Shown: positions 8,588 to 18,213, numbered from the stretch's first letter. The stretch is 18,635 nt of DNA from Candidatus Hydrogenedentota bacterium (GCA_034669905.1 JAXMOL010000081.1:1-18635); one strand, 5' to 3'. Program-made: numbers and translations. Notes: generated by a model not told the origin, from the letters alone.

Positions 8588-9625
8588 ATGCAATTTCGTA
8601 CTCTCGGCCATTCAGGCCTGAAAGTTTCGGTACTATCGTTTGGGGCATGGCAGTTGGGGGATTTGGCATATTGGGGCCCCCATACACCTGCCCAGGCAGC
8701 GGATACCGTCCGCGCGGCCCTCGATCATGGTATCAATCTCTTCGATACCGCCGAAATCTATGGCAACGGTGCTTCGGAACATGTCTTGGGACAGGCCCTC
8801 GGGGCCGATCGCAAGCGGGTACTCATCGCCACCAAGGTACTCCCCCAGAATTGTACACCCCAGCGCCTTCGTGCCTCCTGTGAGGCCAGCCTGAAACGAC
8901 TGGGAACCGACTATATTGATCTCTTTCAGATTCACTGGCCCTTCCGCCAGAAGCCCGTCCGGGATACGCAGGGCCATCCCCTGAAAGAAGCACCTAACGT
9001 CATGGAAGCCTGCGAGATGTTGCGGACCCTCCAGGGCGAGGGCAAGATTCGCGCCATTGGCGTATCCAACTTCGGCAATGACGACCTCGATGACTGGTTC
9101 TTCCAAGGCACGGCCGAATCCAATCAGATAGGCTACAATATCCTCAGTCGTGCCGCAGAGTATGATCTCATTCCCTCCAGCCGGGCCCACCAGTTGGGCG
9201 TGCTGGTCTATATGCCCCTCTTGCAGGGCCTCCTTGCCGTACATTGGAACACGGTGGAAGATATCCCCGTGGCACGCCGTCGCACCCGCCACTTTGCAGG
9301 ACACCGCGAGGGAGTTCGCCATGGCGGTGCGGGTTTCGAAGGGTTATTGCTGGAAACCGTGGTGGCCTTGCGGGAGTTCTCTGCGGCCATCGGGGTGCCC
9401 ATGGCCACCATGTGCCTGTGTTGGGTCCTGGCCCAGCCCGGCGTTACCAGTGCCATCATCGGTGCCAGAAAACCCGACCAATTGGTGCGCAACCTGAAGG
9501 CCGCCACCCTCAATCTGGGTCCGGCAGCCATTGCCCAGTTGAACGAGATTTCCGCTCCCCTGAAAGTGGCCATGGGAAAAAATGCCGACCTCTGGCAAGA
9601 CGAAGCGACCAGTCGAATCGGCTAA
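8588..9625 (+). CDS. Aldo/keto reductase
   Basis: LGHSGLKVSVLSFGAW, FDTAEIYG, IATK, SLKRLGTDYIDLFQIHWP and GKIRAIGVSNF. The Asp-Tyr-Lys-His tetrad is present; strong RBS. Confidence 0.97.
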   Translation: MQFRTLGHSGLKVSVLSFGAWQLGDLAYWGPHTPAQAADTVRAALDHGINLFDTAEIYGNGASEHVLGQALGADRKRVLIATKVLPQNCTPQRLRASCEASLKRLGTDYIDLFQIHWPFRQKPVRDTQGHPLKEAPNVMEACEMLRTLQGEGKIRAIGVSNFGNDDLDDWFFQGTAESNQIGYNILSRAAEYDLIPSSRAHQLGVLVYMPLLQGLLAVHWNTVEDIPVARRRTRHFAGHREGVRHGGAGFEGLLLETVVALREFSAAIGVPMATMCLCWVLAQPGVTSAIIGARKPDQLVRNLKAATLNLGPAAIAQLNEISAPLKVAMGKNADLWQDEATSRIG

Positions 9626-9647
9626 GCCCCAAGCACCGCCCGCACCC

Positions 9648-9923
9648 CTAACTGACCACCTGCTTCTGCTCCGCCGTGGCCAGACGTGTTTCCCGTTGCT
9701 TCACCGTCGCCACGAACACGTAATAGATGTAGGCCACCGGCCCGGCGATCAGGAGCGTGGCGAAGACCAATCCCACCAACACCGGAAAGAAAACCAGCCC
9801 GATAAGCGTCAACAAGAGCACGATCAGCACCGCAAGCCCCGCCACCATGATCCATTTCAGGTGGCGCAACAGGGTACAGATCTCCTCCAGCAGCTGCTCG
9901 GTATTGTCCGGCCTTTCGCTCAT
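9648..9923 (-). CDS. Small membrane protein, 2 TM (91 aa), hypothetical
   Basis: AAGGAG RBS before ATG 9923 (MSERPD). Continuous hydrophobic stretch of about 45 aa. Fills the gap between two confident genes. Confidence 0.7.
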   Translation of the reverse strand: MSERPDNTEQLLEEICTLLRHLKWIMVAGLAVLIVLLLTLIGLVFFPVLVGLVFATLLIAGPVAYIYYVFVATVKQRETRLATAEQKQVVS

Positions 9924-10166
9924 GCGGTCTCCTTGATAGGTCAATACGCCTTCAATCCTAGCGCCACACCGGCCTAAAAGGCAAGCCGGTGTAACTAATC
10001 GTACCACATGAGATACAATTTGGGAGGTAGTCGCTCTTTTCCAACAAAATGTTGTATTCTACGCCTTTCCACTCTGTCGAGCGCGCGACGGAAGCGGATT
10101 GGGTGTCCGGAAAACCTTCCGGCCACCACGAAGTGCAACGCGCACAGCAAGCCAAGGATAACGGTG

Positions 10167-11861
10167 GTGTCAGACAACCGAAGAATCATGTGTATCGGCC
10201 TTGACGGGGCCACTTGGAACATCCTCCGCCCCCGAATGGAAGCGGGACAAATGCCCAACTTGAAACGCCTTTGCGAAGGTGGCTCGGTGGGTGAACTGGA
10301 CTCCATCTTCCCGCCCGAGACACCGGCGGCCTGGCCTTCCTTCATGACAGGAAAGAACCCGGGGAAACACGGGGTCTTCGACTTCCTGGTCTACGATGCC
10401 GAAAAGAAACGGGAACGCCCGGTAAACTCCCTCGTTCGGGAAGGCAAGACCATCTGGGATTATCTCACCGAAGCCGGCAAGACGTCGCTGATCCTCAACG
10501 TGCCCACCACCTATCCCGTGAAGCCCATCCAGGGCAGTCTCATCAGCGGATTCCTCACACCGGCGGGCGCCAAAGATTGGGCCTATCCCCCCGAATTGGC
10601 CGACGAACTCGTGGCCGAGTATGGGCGTTATCCCCACTTCTTCGAAACCATGTCCTTCGTCTGCGCCCATTCCGAGCACAACGCCAACCTCTTCCTGGAA
10701 GAGCTGGAGTTCATGGACCGCACAAAATTCGAAGTGTGCGAAAAACTCTTTGACCGCAATCAGCCCGATTTCACCATGCTGCATATTTGGGGCACGGACC
10801 GCCTTCAACATGAATTGTGGCATTGGTTTGACGAGACCCATCCCAAATACGACCCGGCCATGGCCAAGAAGTTTGGCCCCCGTATCGATGCCTACTACAC
10901 CATGTGTGACGAGTACATCGGCCGTCTCGCAGACAAAGTCGGCGAGGAAGGGTTGACCTTTGTCATCTCCGACCACGGCTTTGGCCCGACCCACTATTTC
11001 ATCGATTTGAACAGCTGGCTCCTGCGCGAGGGCTTTATCGTCCTCAAAGATACACCCAAAGTACGCTTCAAGAAGCTGCTCTGGGACCTCGGCGTCACCC
11101 CGCAAAACGCGACACGCCTTGCCTATCCCTTCCTGAAATTCGCTATGAAACTCAAGGCCGAAGCCCCCGAGTCCACCCTGCAGAAATCGTCAGGTTCCCT
11201 GCGCCTGCCCGGCATGCTCGACCTGAACAAAGATGTGGACTGGTCTAAAACGCGGGCCTATGCCCCCTTTGGCTGGAGCGGCATCTTCATTAACACCGAA
11301 GGCATCCGGCCCAATGGCTCCGTCCCGGAATCGGAATACAATACGATTCGGGATGCCATCGTCGAACGGCTGAAGGAACTGAAGAATCCCGACACGGGGG
11401 AGCACATCGCCCACCCGATACACCTGAAGGAAGACATGTACCACGGCCCCTACACCCCCTGGGGTCCCGACGTCATGCCCCTGCCGCTGGACAAGGCCCA
11501 CATGCCCGTTTGCTTCTTTGGCTTCCAATCCCGCGAACCCGTCTACGCCAACAACACCCTCTATGGCAACCACCTCATGGAGGGCATCGTCATGGCAAAT
11601 GGCAACGGCGCCCGCGTTGGTGGGGAAACCCACGGCTGCCTCATCGATATGGCCCCCACCATCCTTTATCTGCTCGGCCTCCCCGTTCCCGATGACATGG
11701 ACGGCAAGGTGCTGGAAGACCTCCTGGACCCGACCATGCTCGCCTCCCGACCTGTTTCTTTTGAAGCCGTAGGCGAACAAAACGAAGCCGCGAGCACCGG
11801 GCTGACCGATGAAGAGGAAGAAGAACTCCGCGCGCGCCTGGAGGGCCTGGGGTACCTCTAG
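10167..11861 (+). CDS. Alkaline phosphatase superfamily protein (type I phosphodiesterase / nucleotide pyrophosphatase-like)
   Basis: Motifs CIGLDGAT, PPETPAAWPSFMTGKNPGKHGVFDF, DRLQH, ISDHGF, GNH, DMAPTILYLLG and a C-terminal RLEGLGYL. GTG start (10164 or 10167) after AAGGA. No signal peptide seen. Confidence 0.92.
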   Translation: MSDNRRIMCIGLDGATWNILRPRMEAGQMPNLKRLCEGGSVGELDSIFPPETPAAWPSFMTGKNPGKHGVFDFLVYDAEKKRERPVNSLVREGKTIWDYLTEAGKTSLILNVPTTYPVKPIQGSLISGFLTPAGAKDWAYPPELADELVAEYGRYPHFFETMSFVCAHSEHNANLFLEELEFMDRTKFEVCEKLFDRNQPDFTMLHIWGTDRLQHELWHWFDETHPKYDPAMAKKFGPRIDAYYTMCDEYIGRLADKVGEEGLTFVISDHGFGPTHYFIDLNSWLLREGFIVLKDTPKVRFKKLLWDLGVTPQNATRLAYPFLKFAMKLKAEAPESTLQKSSGSLRLPGMLDLNKDVDWSKTRAYAPFGWSGIFINTEGIRPNGSVPESEYNTIRDAIVERLKELKNPDTGEHIAHPIHLKEDMYHGPYTPWGPDVMPLPLDKAHMPVCFFGFQSREPVYANNTLYGNHLMEGIVMANGNGARVGGETHGCLIDMAPTILYLLGLPVPDDMDGKVLEDLLDPTMLASRPVSFEAVGEQNEAASTGLTDEEEEELRARLEGLGYL

Positions 11862-11920
11862 TACCTACCTTTCGTTCGACCTGAGACGTGCCGCGTGCCA
11901 GGTGCCCCTAAAGCGTAGTT

Positions 11921-11949
11921 TTGACATTAAACTCCCGGAAACCTATACT
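11921..11949 (+). promoter_or_regulatory. Near-consensus sigma70 promoter for the GT2-GT4-methyltransferase unit
   Basis: TTGACA (11921-11926), 17-nt spacer, TATACT (11944-11949), in the intergenic gap 55 nt before ATG 12005. Confidence 0.8.
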
Positions 11950-12004
11950 GAATCGTACCTGAATCGTCCCTATCCTTCGTATCGAACCGCCACTAAGGTA
12001 GTAC

Positions 12005-13042
12005 ATGACCTCCACCACGTCGCAGGCTGAAAACCCTCGGGAAGTACGTCTCTGCGTAATCATGCCAGCGTTGAATGAAGCGGCAACGATTCGTGAAGTG
12101 GTCACGCGCGTTCCCCGTGAAATTCCCGGGATCGATAACGTAACCGTACTGGTGGTGGATGATGGTTCCACGGATGCTACGGTCGAAGAGGCACGGGCAG
12201 CCGGGGCCCGGGTGGTCAGCCATCCCAGAAACAAGGGGGTGGGTGCTGCATTTCAGACGGGCATTCACCATGCACTGGGGATGGGAGCGACCTTTGCCGT
12301 CAATATCGATTCCGATGGCCAATTCGCCCCAGAAGACATTCCCACCCTGCTCGCTCCCCTCTTGGATGGGGAAGTTGATTGGGTCAGCGCCTCTCGCTTT
12401 AAAGATCGCAGCCTCGTCCCAGAAATGGATTGGGTTCGCTACTACGGCAACAAAGCCATGTCATTCCTGATCAGTTCTTTGACGGGTGTCCGCTTCCACG
12501 ACGTATCCTGCGGCTTTCGCGCCTATAGTGAAGACGCCCTGCTCCAGCTGAATCTCATGGGAGACTTCACCTACACGCAAGAGTCCTTCCTGGATCTCTC
12601 CTTCAAAGGATTGCACGTACGGGAAATCCCTATCCCGGTTCAGGGAACCCGCTCACACGGGAAATCCCGTGTGGCAGGAAACATTCCGCGCTATGCGTAC
12701 AACACGAGCAAGATCATTTTCAGAACTTTTCGTGACTACTACCCCATGCGAATTTTTGGCGTTGGCGCGATTTTTTGTCTGGTACTGACGATTGGCCTTT
12801 TTTCATTCTTGCTGGTTCACCGCGTAGATACAGGAAGTTTTACCCCCCACAAATGGGCCGGTTTTACGGGAGCTTTCTTTGGAAGCCTCGGAACCATTCT
12901 CTTTATCACGGGCTTGCTTGCCGACATGTTTGTACGCATTAGAATCAATCAAGATAGAATTCTCTACATGTTGAAGAAGAAGGGCTCGTATGGCCATCGA
13001 AGTTCAGAAACGCCGAAAACGCATTCTGTTCATAACGTATAA
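12005..13042 (+). CDS. Family 2 glycosyltransferase, DPM1/GtrB-like polyprenol-phosphate glycosyltransferase with 2 C-terminal TMs
   Basis: VIMPALNE, VVDDGSTD, NKGVGAA, IDSDGQF (DXD), ASRF and DVSCGFRAY motifs; two TM helices after RDYYPMRIFG. Confidence 0.92.
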   Translation: MTSTTSQAENPREVRLCVIMPALNEAATIREVVTRVPREIPGIDNVTVLVVDDGSTDATVEEARAAGARVVSHPRNKGVGAAFQTGIHHALGMGATFAVNIDSDGQFAPEDIPTLLAPLLDGEVDWVSASRFKDRSLVPEMDWVRYYGNKAMSFLISSLTGVRFHDVSCGFRAYSEDALLQLNLMGDFTYTQESFLDLSFKGLHVREIPIPVQGTRSHGKSRVAGNIPRYAYNTSKIIFRTFRDYYPMRIFGVGAIFCLVLTIGLFSFLLVHRVDTGSFTPHKWAGFTGAFFGSLGTILFITGLLADMFVRIRINQDRILYMLKKKGSYGHRSSETPKTHSVHNV

Positions 13043-14159
13043 CTTCCCACCAAAGCTCGGCGGCATCGAACAGGTCGTCCTGCGCACCTGGACGGAACTT
13101 ACGAAGCAGGCCGATGTCGTGACCCTGGCGCAATTCGGCGATGACTATGAAGACCCTGGTCATGACATACTACGGCCATCGCAAAGTGGGCTTCTGAGGT
13201 TTTTCGCCTTCCTGTGGCAGGAAGGCAGACGCGAGATCGCACGAAACCCGGTGGACATCGTCGTTTCCATGAGTGCCCTGACCGCCATACCCGCCATACA
13301 TCTGGCGAAGCGGGCCGGAGCAAAATCCGCCGTGGTCATCTATGGGCTGGACACCATCTATACGTCCGCACTTTACCAGGCCATGTTTCGCTATGCCATG
13401 CCCAAAATGGATCGGGTTATACCCATCAGCCACGCGACTCGGGATGAAGCCGTCGCACGGGGGGTAGACCCGGAAAAGACCCTAATCGTCCACCCGGGCT
13501 GTGACAGCGAGAACTTCCTCACGGCGGGCGACGTCGACCACTGGCGAAGAGAATGGGAGTTGGAGGGCGCGAAAGTCATATTGATTGCCGGACGTTTCGT
13601 CAAGCGAAAAGGCGTTGACCGCTTTATCCGTGAATGCCTCCCGAGAATCGTGGCCAAGGTCCCCAATGCCAGGCTGCTGCTTGCGGGGGGAAACCCGGTG
13701 GATGCCTTGGCCCACACGGAGGATATGGAACACCAGGTGGCCCGTGCCATTCGTGATTCCAAACTGGCAGCACATGTCGTCTTAACCGGCCGGCTGTCGC
13801 AGGAAGCGATGATAGCCGCGTTTCATCTGTCTGACGTAATTGTACTCCCGGTAGTACCCGCTCCGGGCGATATGGAGGGATTCGGGATCGTGCTGATTGA
13901 AGCGGCGGCGGCGGGCAAGCCCACCGTGGCGTCGAACACGGGCGGCATTCCAGATGCGATTCACGATGGCGTGACCGGCACCTTGGTCCCCCCGGAAGAT
14001 TACGCGCTCATGGCAACCGCTGTGGAGGAATTCCTGGTGGATTCGGAGAAGAACAGACGTTTTGGAGAGGCGGGTCGCCACCGGGTAATTCGCGAATTCG
14101 GCTGGAATACGTGCGCGGAAAATTTTGCCCGTGCCATTCTGGACGTCGACGACCCGTGA
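12990..14159 (+). CDS. Family 4 glycosyltransferase (GT-B, PimA/PimB-like)
   Basis: ILFITYNFPPKLGGIE, GRFVKRKG, EGFGIVLIEA (EX7E) and GGIPDAIHDGVTG. Overlaps GT2 by 53 nt. Confidence 0.95.
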   Translation: MAIEVQKRRKRILFITYNFPPKLGGIEQVVLRTWTELTKQADVVTLAQFGDDYEDPGHDILRPSQSGLLRFFAFLWQEGRREIARNPVDIVVSMSALTAIPAIHLAKRAGAKSAVVIYGLDTIYTSALYQAMFRYAMPKMDRVIPISHATRDEAVARGVDPEKTLIVHPGCDSENFLTAGDVDHWRREWELEGAKVILIAGRFVKRKGVDRFIRECLPRIVAKVPNARLLLAGGNPVDALAHTEDMEHQVARAIRDSKLAAHVVLTGRLSQEAMIAAFHLSDVIVLPVVPAPGDMEGFGIVLIEAAAAGKPTVASNTGGIPDAIHDGVTGTLVPPEDYALMATAVEEFLVDSEKNRRFGEAGRHRVIREFGWNTCAENFARAILDVDDP

Positions 14160-14236
14160 ATGAGATCGCCCCTGGGCCGGGAACGCCCTGCTTTTGATCG
14201 CATTGTTTCTGTTAATGTCTCTCTTCAGGCCCCATT

Positions 14237-14917
14237 ATGCCGGCCGCAAGAACGAAGAGGCCCTTTGAGGAGGTTATAGCTGTGGAATCGTCTGGCAAAG
14301 CGCTGGGAGAATCTAAGGAGTGGGAAGGCGCGTATTTGAAAACCCGCCGCAATATGCGCGTGCGCAAGCGGCGCCTTGCCTATTTTGATTGGCCTGAGCC
14401 CAACGCGCACATCCTTGACCTGGGCGCGGGCGATGGCCTGGACAGACAGGCCTTGCAGGAAGAGGGCTTCTCCTTTGTCACCTGCATCGACATCTCCCCC
14501 CGGTTGCTGGTCCTCTTTGAAGGATCACGGACGGTTGCAGACGCACACAAGCTCCCCTTCGCAACCGGTTCCATTGACGCGGTTCTGGCGAACTCCGTCT
14601 TGCACCATTTCGATCCCCCGGTCGCCCTTCAGGAAATTGCCCGGGTTCTGAAACCGGGCGGAAAGCTCTATTTCATGGAGCCCCGGCCGTGTTTCGCAAG
14701 GAGCGTACTGGATTGGTTGACCCTGTCCTGCGCCCCGGCCCAACTACTCCCCTACTTCCGGGCGCGCAGAGTCTCCCTCCTGGAAGAAATTGAGGTCAAT
14801 ACGCACTGGTTAACCGTATACCCCCAGGTCGATGGCTGGCTGCGCAGCTACGGGATGTCCCTGGACAAACAGCGGCTGGTTACGGTCGGCGTCCTGGCAC
14901 AGTGGAGCAAGCAATAG
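14237..14917 (+). CDS. Class I SAM-dependent methyltransferase
   Basis: Motif I ILDLGAGDG, IDISP, LPFATGSIDAV and RVLKPGGKL. Exact start uncertain. Confidence 0.92.
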   Translation: MPAARTKRPFEEVIAVESSGKALGESKEWEGAYLKTRRNMRVRKRRLAYFDWPEPNAHILDLGAGDGLDRQALQEEGFSFVTCIDISPRLLVLFEGSRTVADAHKLPFATGSIDAVLANSVLHHFDPPVALQEIARVLKPGGKLYFMEPRPCFARSVLDWLTLSCAPAQLLPYFRARRVSLLEEIEVNTHWLTVYPQVDGWLRSYGMSLDKQRLVTVGVLAQWSKQ

Positions 14918-14929
14918 GCCCGTGTTGGG

Positions 14930-15874
14930 CTACATCTCGGTCACCGCTTGCTCGTCTGGGCTGTCTTTGCCCGTACTCCGAATCATCCGGTCGAAATAGG
15001 CGCTCATGATCGGTGCAAGAACGCCAACTACCAGAAGCTCCACCACGCGATCGATGGTGGAGGCTATCAAGGCGTCGCGAAACTCGAATCCGGTCAAATA
15101 GGCGAGTGCTCCGATCAAGAACTCCCGAAACCCGATTGAGCCAGGCGTCAGCGAGGCAAGCCGCGTAATGGCCACAGAAGCGCTGAACAGTAAACAGGCG
15201 GAGAAGGTCACCGTTTCCAGCCCGAGGGAAAAGCACAGATAGAGCTTCGCAGCGAGCAGGTTCAGGATGACCACCTGGCAGACCGCCCCACCAAGCCACG
15301 CACGCGTACGATCCCGGCCACTCCACTCAGGCCAGTGAAAGCGCTTGCTGCCAAGCAAATTGCGAGTAAGCCTGGGCAGGAAGAAGACCAGACAGGCACA
15401 AGCCATCAATAGGAATAAGACCCAGACAATCGGTTGCGCCTCGGCACGGAAATACAGGGCCAATAAGAGCAGGCCAATGACGCCATTGGTACAAATGACA
15501 AGTGCGAACAGCGTGACCTGTCCGCCCGCAAACGTCGTATAAGGGAGCTTGTGGAGCCGTTTCAGCAAATACCCTTTCGCTGCAGCACCCGCCACAAAGG
15601 GTAATGCATTCGCCAGGGCCCCCACCACAACCAGGCCAAACCAATAGTGAAAGGGCGCCTTAACACCGAGCGGCGAAAACATGGCCAGATTCATGATTGC
15701 CCGCACGGCAAAAACGCCGACCGTAAGCAGCACCAACGCGACAAGGACCCGGGCGTCCAACTCGACGGTCTGCCGCAAGTAGGAAGCGTTCTTAGCAAGT
15801 ATCGCGATAAAAACCGCAAACACCACGGCGGCCCCGATGAGCGCCAGGACCCTAGTGCGCCGCCGTGCCATCAT
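14930..15874 (-). CDS. Flippase-like membrane protein (lysylphosphatidylglycerol synthase TM / UPF0104 family)
   Basis: About 8 TMs with LANALPFVAGAAAKGYLLK, TPGSIGFRE and ALIASTIDR, which follow the N..P...G / TPGG.G..E / R pattern of this family. Confidence 0.85.
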   Translation of the reverse strand: MMARRRTRVLALIGAAVVFAVFIAILAKNASYLRQTVELDARVLVALVLLTVGVFAVRAIMNLAMFSPLGVKAPFHYWFGLVVVGALANALPFVAGAAAKGYLLKRLHKLPYTTFAGGQVTLFALVICTNGVIGLLLLALYFRAEAQPIVWVLFLLMACACLVFFLPRLTRNLLGSKRFHWPEWSGRDRTRAWLGGAVCQVVILNLLAAKLYLCFSLGLETVTFSACLLFSASVAITRLASLTPGSIGFREFLIGALAYLTGFEFRDALIASTIDRVVELLVVGVLAPIMSAYFDRMIRSTGKDSPDEQAVTEM

Positions 15875-16682
15875 GCTTCCCTTCTTCTACCCGCTCCAGC
15901 CACGTCTCCTCCAGGCCGTAGCCGTATTCCTGCATAAGCGGCGAGCACACGCGGTGCAACTCCGCACAGGTCGTAGGCGGCCATGTACTCCAATGCCCCA
16001 CACGGGTAGAGCGGCTTTTGTTGATCGGGGTGTCGGGAGAAACCGGTAACTCGCTCTCCTTGTATTCCAGGGAAAGGAATTCGCAGATGGACTGAAGGCC
16101 CGCATAGTCCTCCCCAAACAGCGCTTCATGGTGTATCCGTTGGTAGGCATGGACCCGGTGGGCGTTGCGTCGAACGGCATCGTTGACAAGCATCCAAAAG
16201 GCACCATAGTAACCAAGGGGCGTCAGCTTCTCCGTGATGCCCAGTATGCGGTTCACATCCGGAAGCCAACGGGGCACATACCGATTGAATATCTTTTTCA
16301 GCCGGTTGGCCTCCTGGTGATTCAACGCGGAGACCACATAGGTTCTCGGATCCCGAACAATATGTATCACGCTCGGGTCGGGCCAAACCTGATCCAGCAC
16401 CGGCAGAAACCCGGCCAGGTATCCGTTCGACTCGATATACGTGGGCGTGGACACCGTCCGCATCAGTTTTTCGCGCTTGCGCTTCAGCACGGCGGCCATC
16501 TTCTCATCGGATACGTCTCCGGCGAGATAGGCGTTGGTATACATGCGCAGGGCGTAGCTCGGACGGGGCTCGTGCAATGCCACCACATCCTCGTAGTTTT
16601 TGTCGAAGTACGCGGCAAGAAACTGTGTCCCCGTGCGCCCGCTTGACACGATAATGCCCGTGTTTTTTTTCGCTTCGCTCAT
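15852..16682 (-). CDS. PAPS-dependent sulfotransferase family protein
   Basis: 5'-PSB loop SSGRTGTQFL, HEP, 3'-PB motif IHIVRDPRTYVVS, ICEFL and terminal LMQEYGY. Confidence 0.88.
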   Translation of the reverse strand: MSEAKKNTGIIVSSGRTGTQFLAAYFDKNYEDVVALHEPRPSYALRMYTNAYLAGDVSDEKMAAVLKRKREKLMRTVSTPTYIESNGYLAGFLPVLDQVWPDPSVIHIVRDPRTYVVSALNHQEANRLKKIFNRYVPRWLPDVNRILGITEKLTPLGYYGAFWMLVNDAVRRNAHRVHAYQRIHHEALFGEDYAGLQSICEFLSLEYKESELPVSPDTPINKSRSTRVGHWSTWPPTTCAELHRVCSPLMQEYGYGLEETWLERVEEGKHDGTAAH

Positions 16683-16728
16683 GATGGGTCATAGTCCCGA
16701 AACAGCAGGGGGCGGAAGAGCACATACC

Positions 16729-18213
16729 TTACCACGGGCCATTCCCCCACGCGCTCAGAAAGAAGGGGAAGTCACCGTACACATAAAAAATCGCTACCAC
16801 CACGGCTACCACCGCCTGCAGGCGCGCGGTCCCGAAGGACAACAAATACTTGGCGGTCAGGCCGTATACCGGGACGATAAAGGGAAACAGGTATCTCCCC
16901 TGCACGCTGATATGGGGGAGCTGAAAATCCAGATAGGACTTGTAATTTACCAGCTGCATGAGCACTAACGCGTAGAATACGAACATACCGAGATAGAGGA
17001 ACTCATAGGAATCGGCCCTGCCCTGAAAGCCACGGACGACAAAAAACGCCCCGGACACGACAAACACAAGCACGTAGAGCAAGTTCCAGGAAAGTGGCTT
17101 GAACGCGACCGTGTGCCCCAGCACGCCATAGGTGGAGAACAACATCGTTTTTGACCACCGCGCCGCGTAGGCAAGGCGCGACATAGGGACAAATGGCCCT
17201 TCGTGCTCTTTCCGCCATGCTCCGAATTTCAATAAGTTCTGGGTATCCAGCGAGGAGGCGGGGTCTTCGATCTCTTTTGCTTTTTCCAGCGCCTCCTCCA
17301 AACTATGTTCACCCTTGAGGTAACCCACATAGAGCGTGGCCCGGGCAGCCATTGGGTGAGACTTGATGTCGGATTCGGACAGTACTTGCTCCGCCCTGGG
17401 GACGAGGTGTCCATATCGAATCAGGTTGTTCCCGTATAGAAGCGCATTCAAACCCAATAGCAACGCCACGCAGACAAAGAGACTTTTGGGCGTATTCGCA
17501 AACGCGGACCTGTACTCACCCAATCGGGTCTGTCCCTGCTTCCACGTCCAGGCCCCATGGATTAGTACCCCGACAACGATGGCAAAGGCGAAGGGCAACA
17601 TGGTCACCTTGGTCAGGGTCGCTAAGGCGAGCGAGATAAGCAAACACAGCAACGATCGGCCATCTCTCCGCTGAAAATAGCAGGTCATATAATAAATCGA
17701 CGCGGCGGCCAACAGATTAACGAGACTGTCATAGGTGACAGCCGCCGACAGAAAACTAAACATCAGGGTGTTTGTCAACATGAACAGAAACAGGAGATGC
17801 ACCAGCGGCTTGGGGCTGAGCAACTTGATGAAGCGCCAGCCGTAAAACACGGTCAGACAGCCGAGGACCACACTGAACAAACGCGCCATAAAGATGTCAC
17901 TAAAAGAAAAGAAATTGAGTAGGAGAAATTTCCCGGCGAGAATATAGTAAAGCGATGGATAAAAGCGGGTTGACCAGAGGTGGCTCTCCCCATCCCCTGG
18001 AACCCCACTCGGAAGGAAGGCGAACTGCGAAAAGAATGCAACGCGGTTCAAATGTGTAATTTCGTCGGGCGGTGCGGAATGATGTATCGCAATGGTGAAA
18101 TAAATGAGCCGAAGCAGAAAATACGCCCCCGCTGACCACGCCAGAATTCGTAGAATACGAGGGGAGAACACGGAATTTCCTTCGGCAGCAGCGGGCGGAT
18201 TCTGTTCACTCAT
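16729..18213 (-). CDS. GT-C fold membrane glycosyltransferase (DUF2142 / PMT / ArnT-like)
   Basis: TM followed by PPDEITH (acidic DE motif in the first external loop), YPSLYY, MARLFSV, VTYDSLVN, LTKVT and QGRYLFP; 10 or more TMs. Start reassigned to MSEQN. Confidence 0.85.
   Translation of the reverse strand: MSEQNPPAAAEGNSVFSPRILRILAWSAGAYFLLRLIYFTIAIHHSAPPDEITHLNRVAFFSQFAFLPSGVPGDGESHLWSTRFYPSLYYILAGKFLLLNFFSFSDIFMARLFSVVLGCLTVFYGWRFIKLLSPKPLVHLLFLFMLTNTLMFSFLSAAVTYDSLVNLLAAASIYYMTCYFQRRDGRSLLCLLISLALATLTKVTMLPFAFAIVVGVLIHGAWTWKQGQTRLGEYRSAFANTPKSLFVCVALLLGLNALLYGNNLIRYGHLVPRAEQVLSESDIKSHPMAARATLYVGYLKGEHSLEEALEKAKEIEDPASSLDTQNLLKFGAWRKEHEGPFVPMSRLAYAARWSKTMLFSTYGVLGHTVAFKPLSWNLLYVLVFVVSGAFFVVRGFQGRADSYEFLYLGMFVFYALVLMQLVNYKSYLDFQLPHISVQGRYLFPFIVPVYGLTAKYLLSFGTARLQAVVAVVVAIFYVYGDFPFFLSAWGNGPW

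Noticed and set aside
10167..11861. Calling this gene a sulfatase because a sulfotransferase is nearby
   Set aside because: It lacks the C/SxPxR formylglycine motif; its motifs fit the phosphodiesterase-like branch.
14915..14932. Terminator between the convergent methyltransferase and flippase genes
   Set aside because: Only a 4-bp stem (GCCC/GGGC) with no U-tract.
14930..15874. Calling this gene mprF
   Set aside because: Only the membrane domain is present; there is no aminoacyl-transferase domain.
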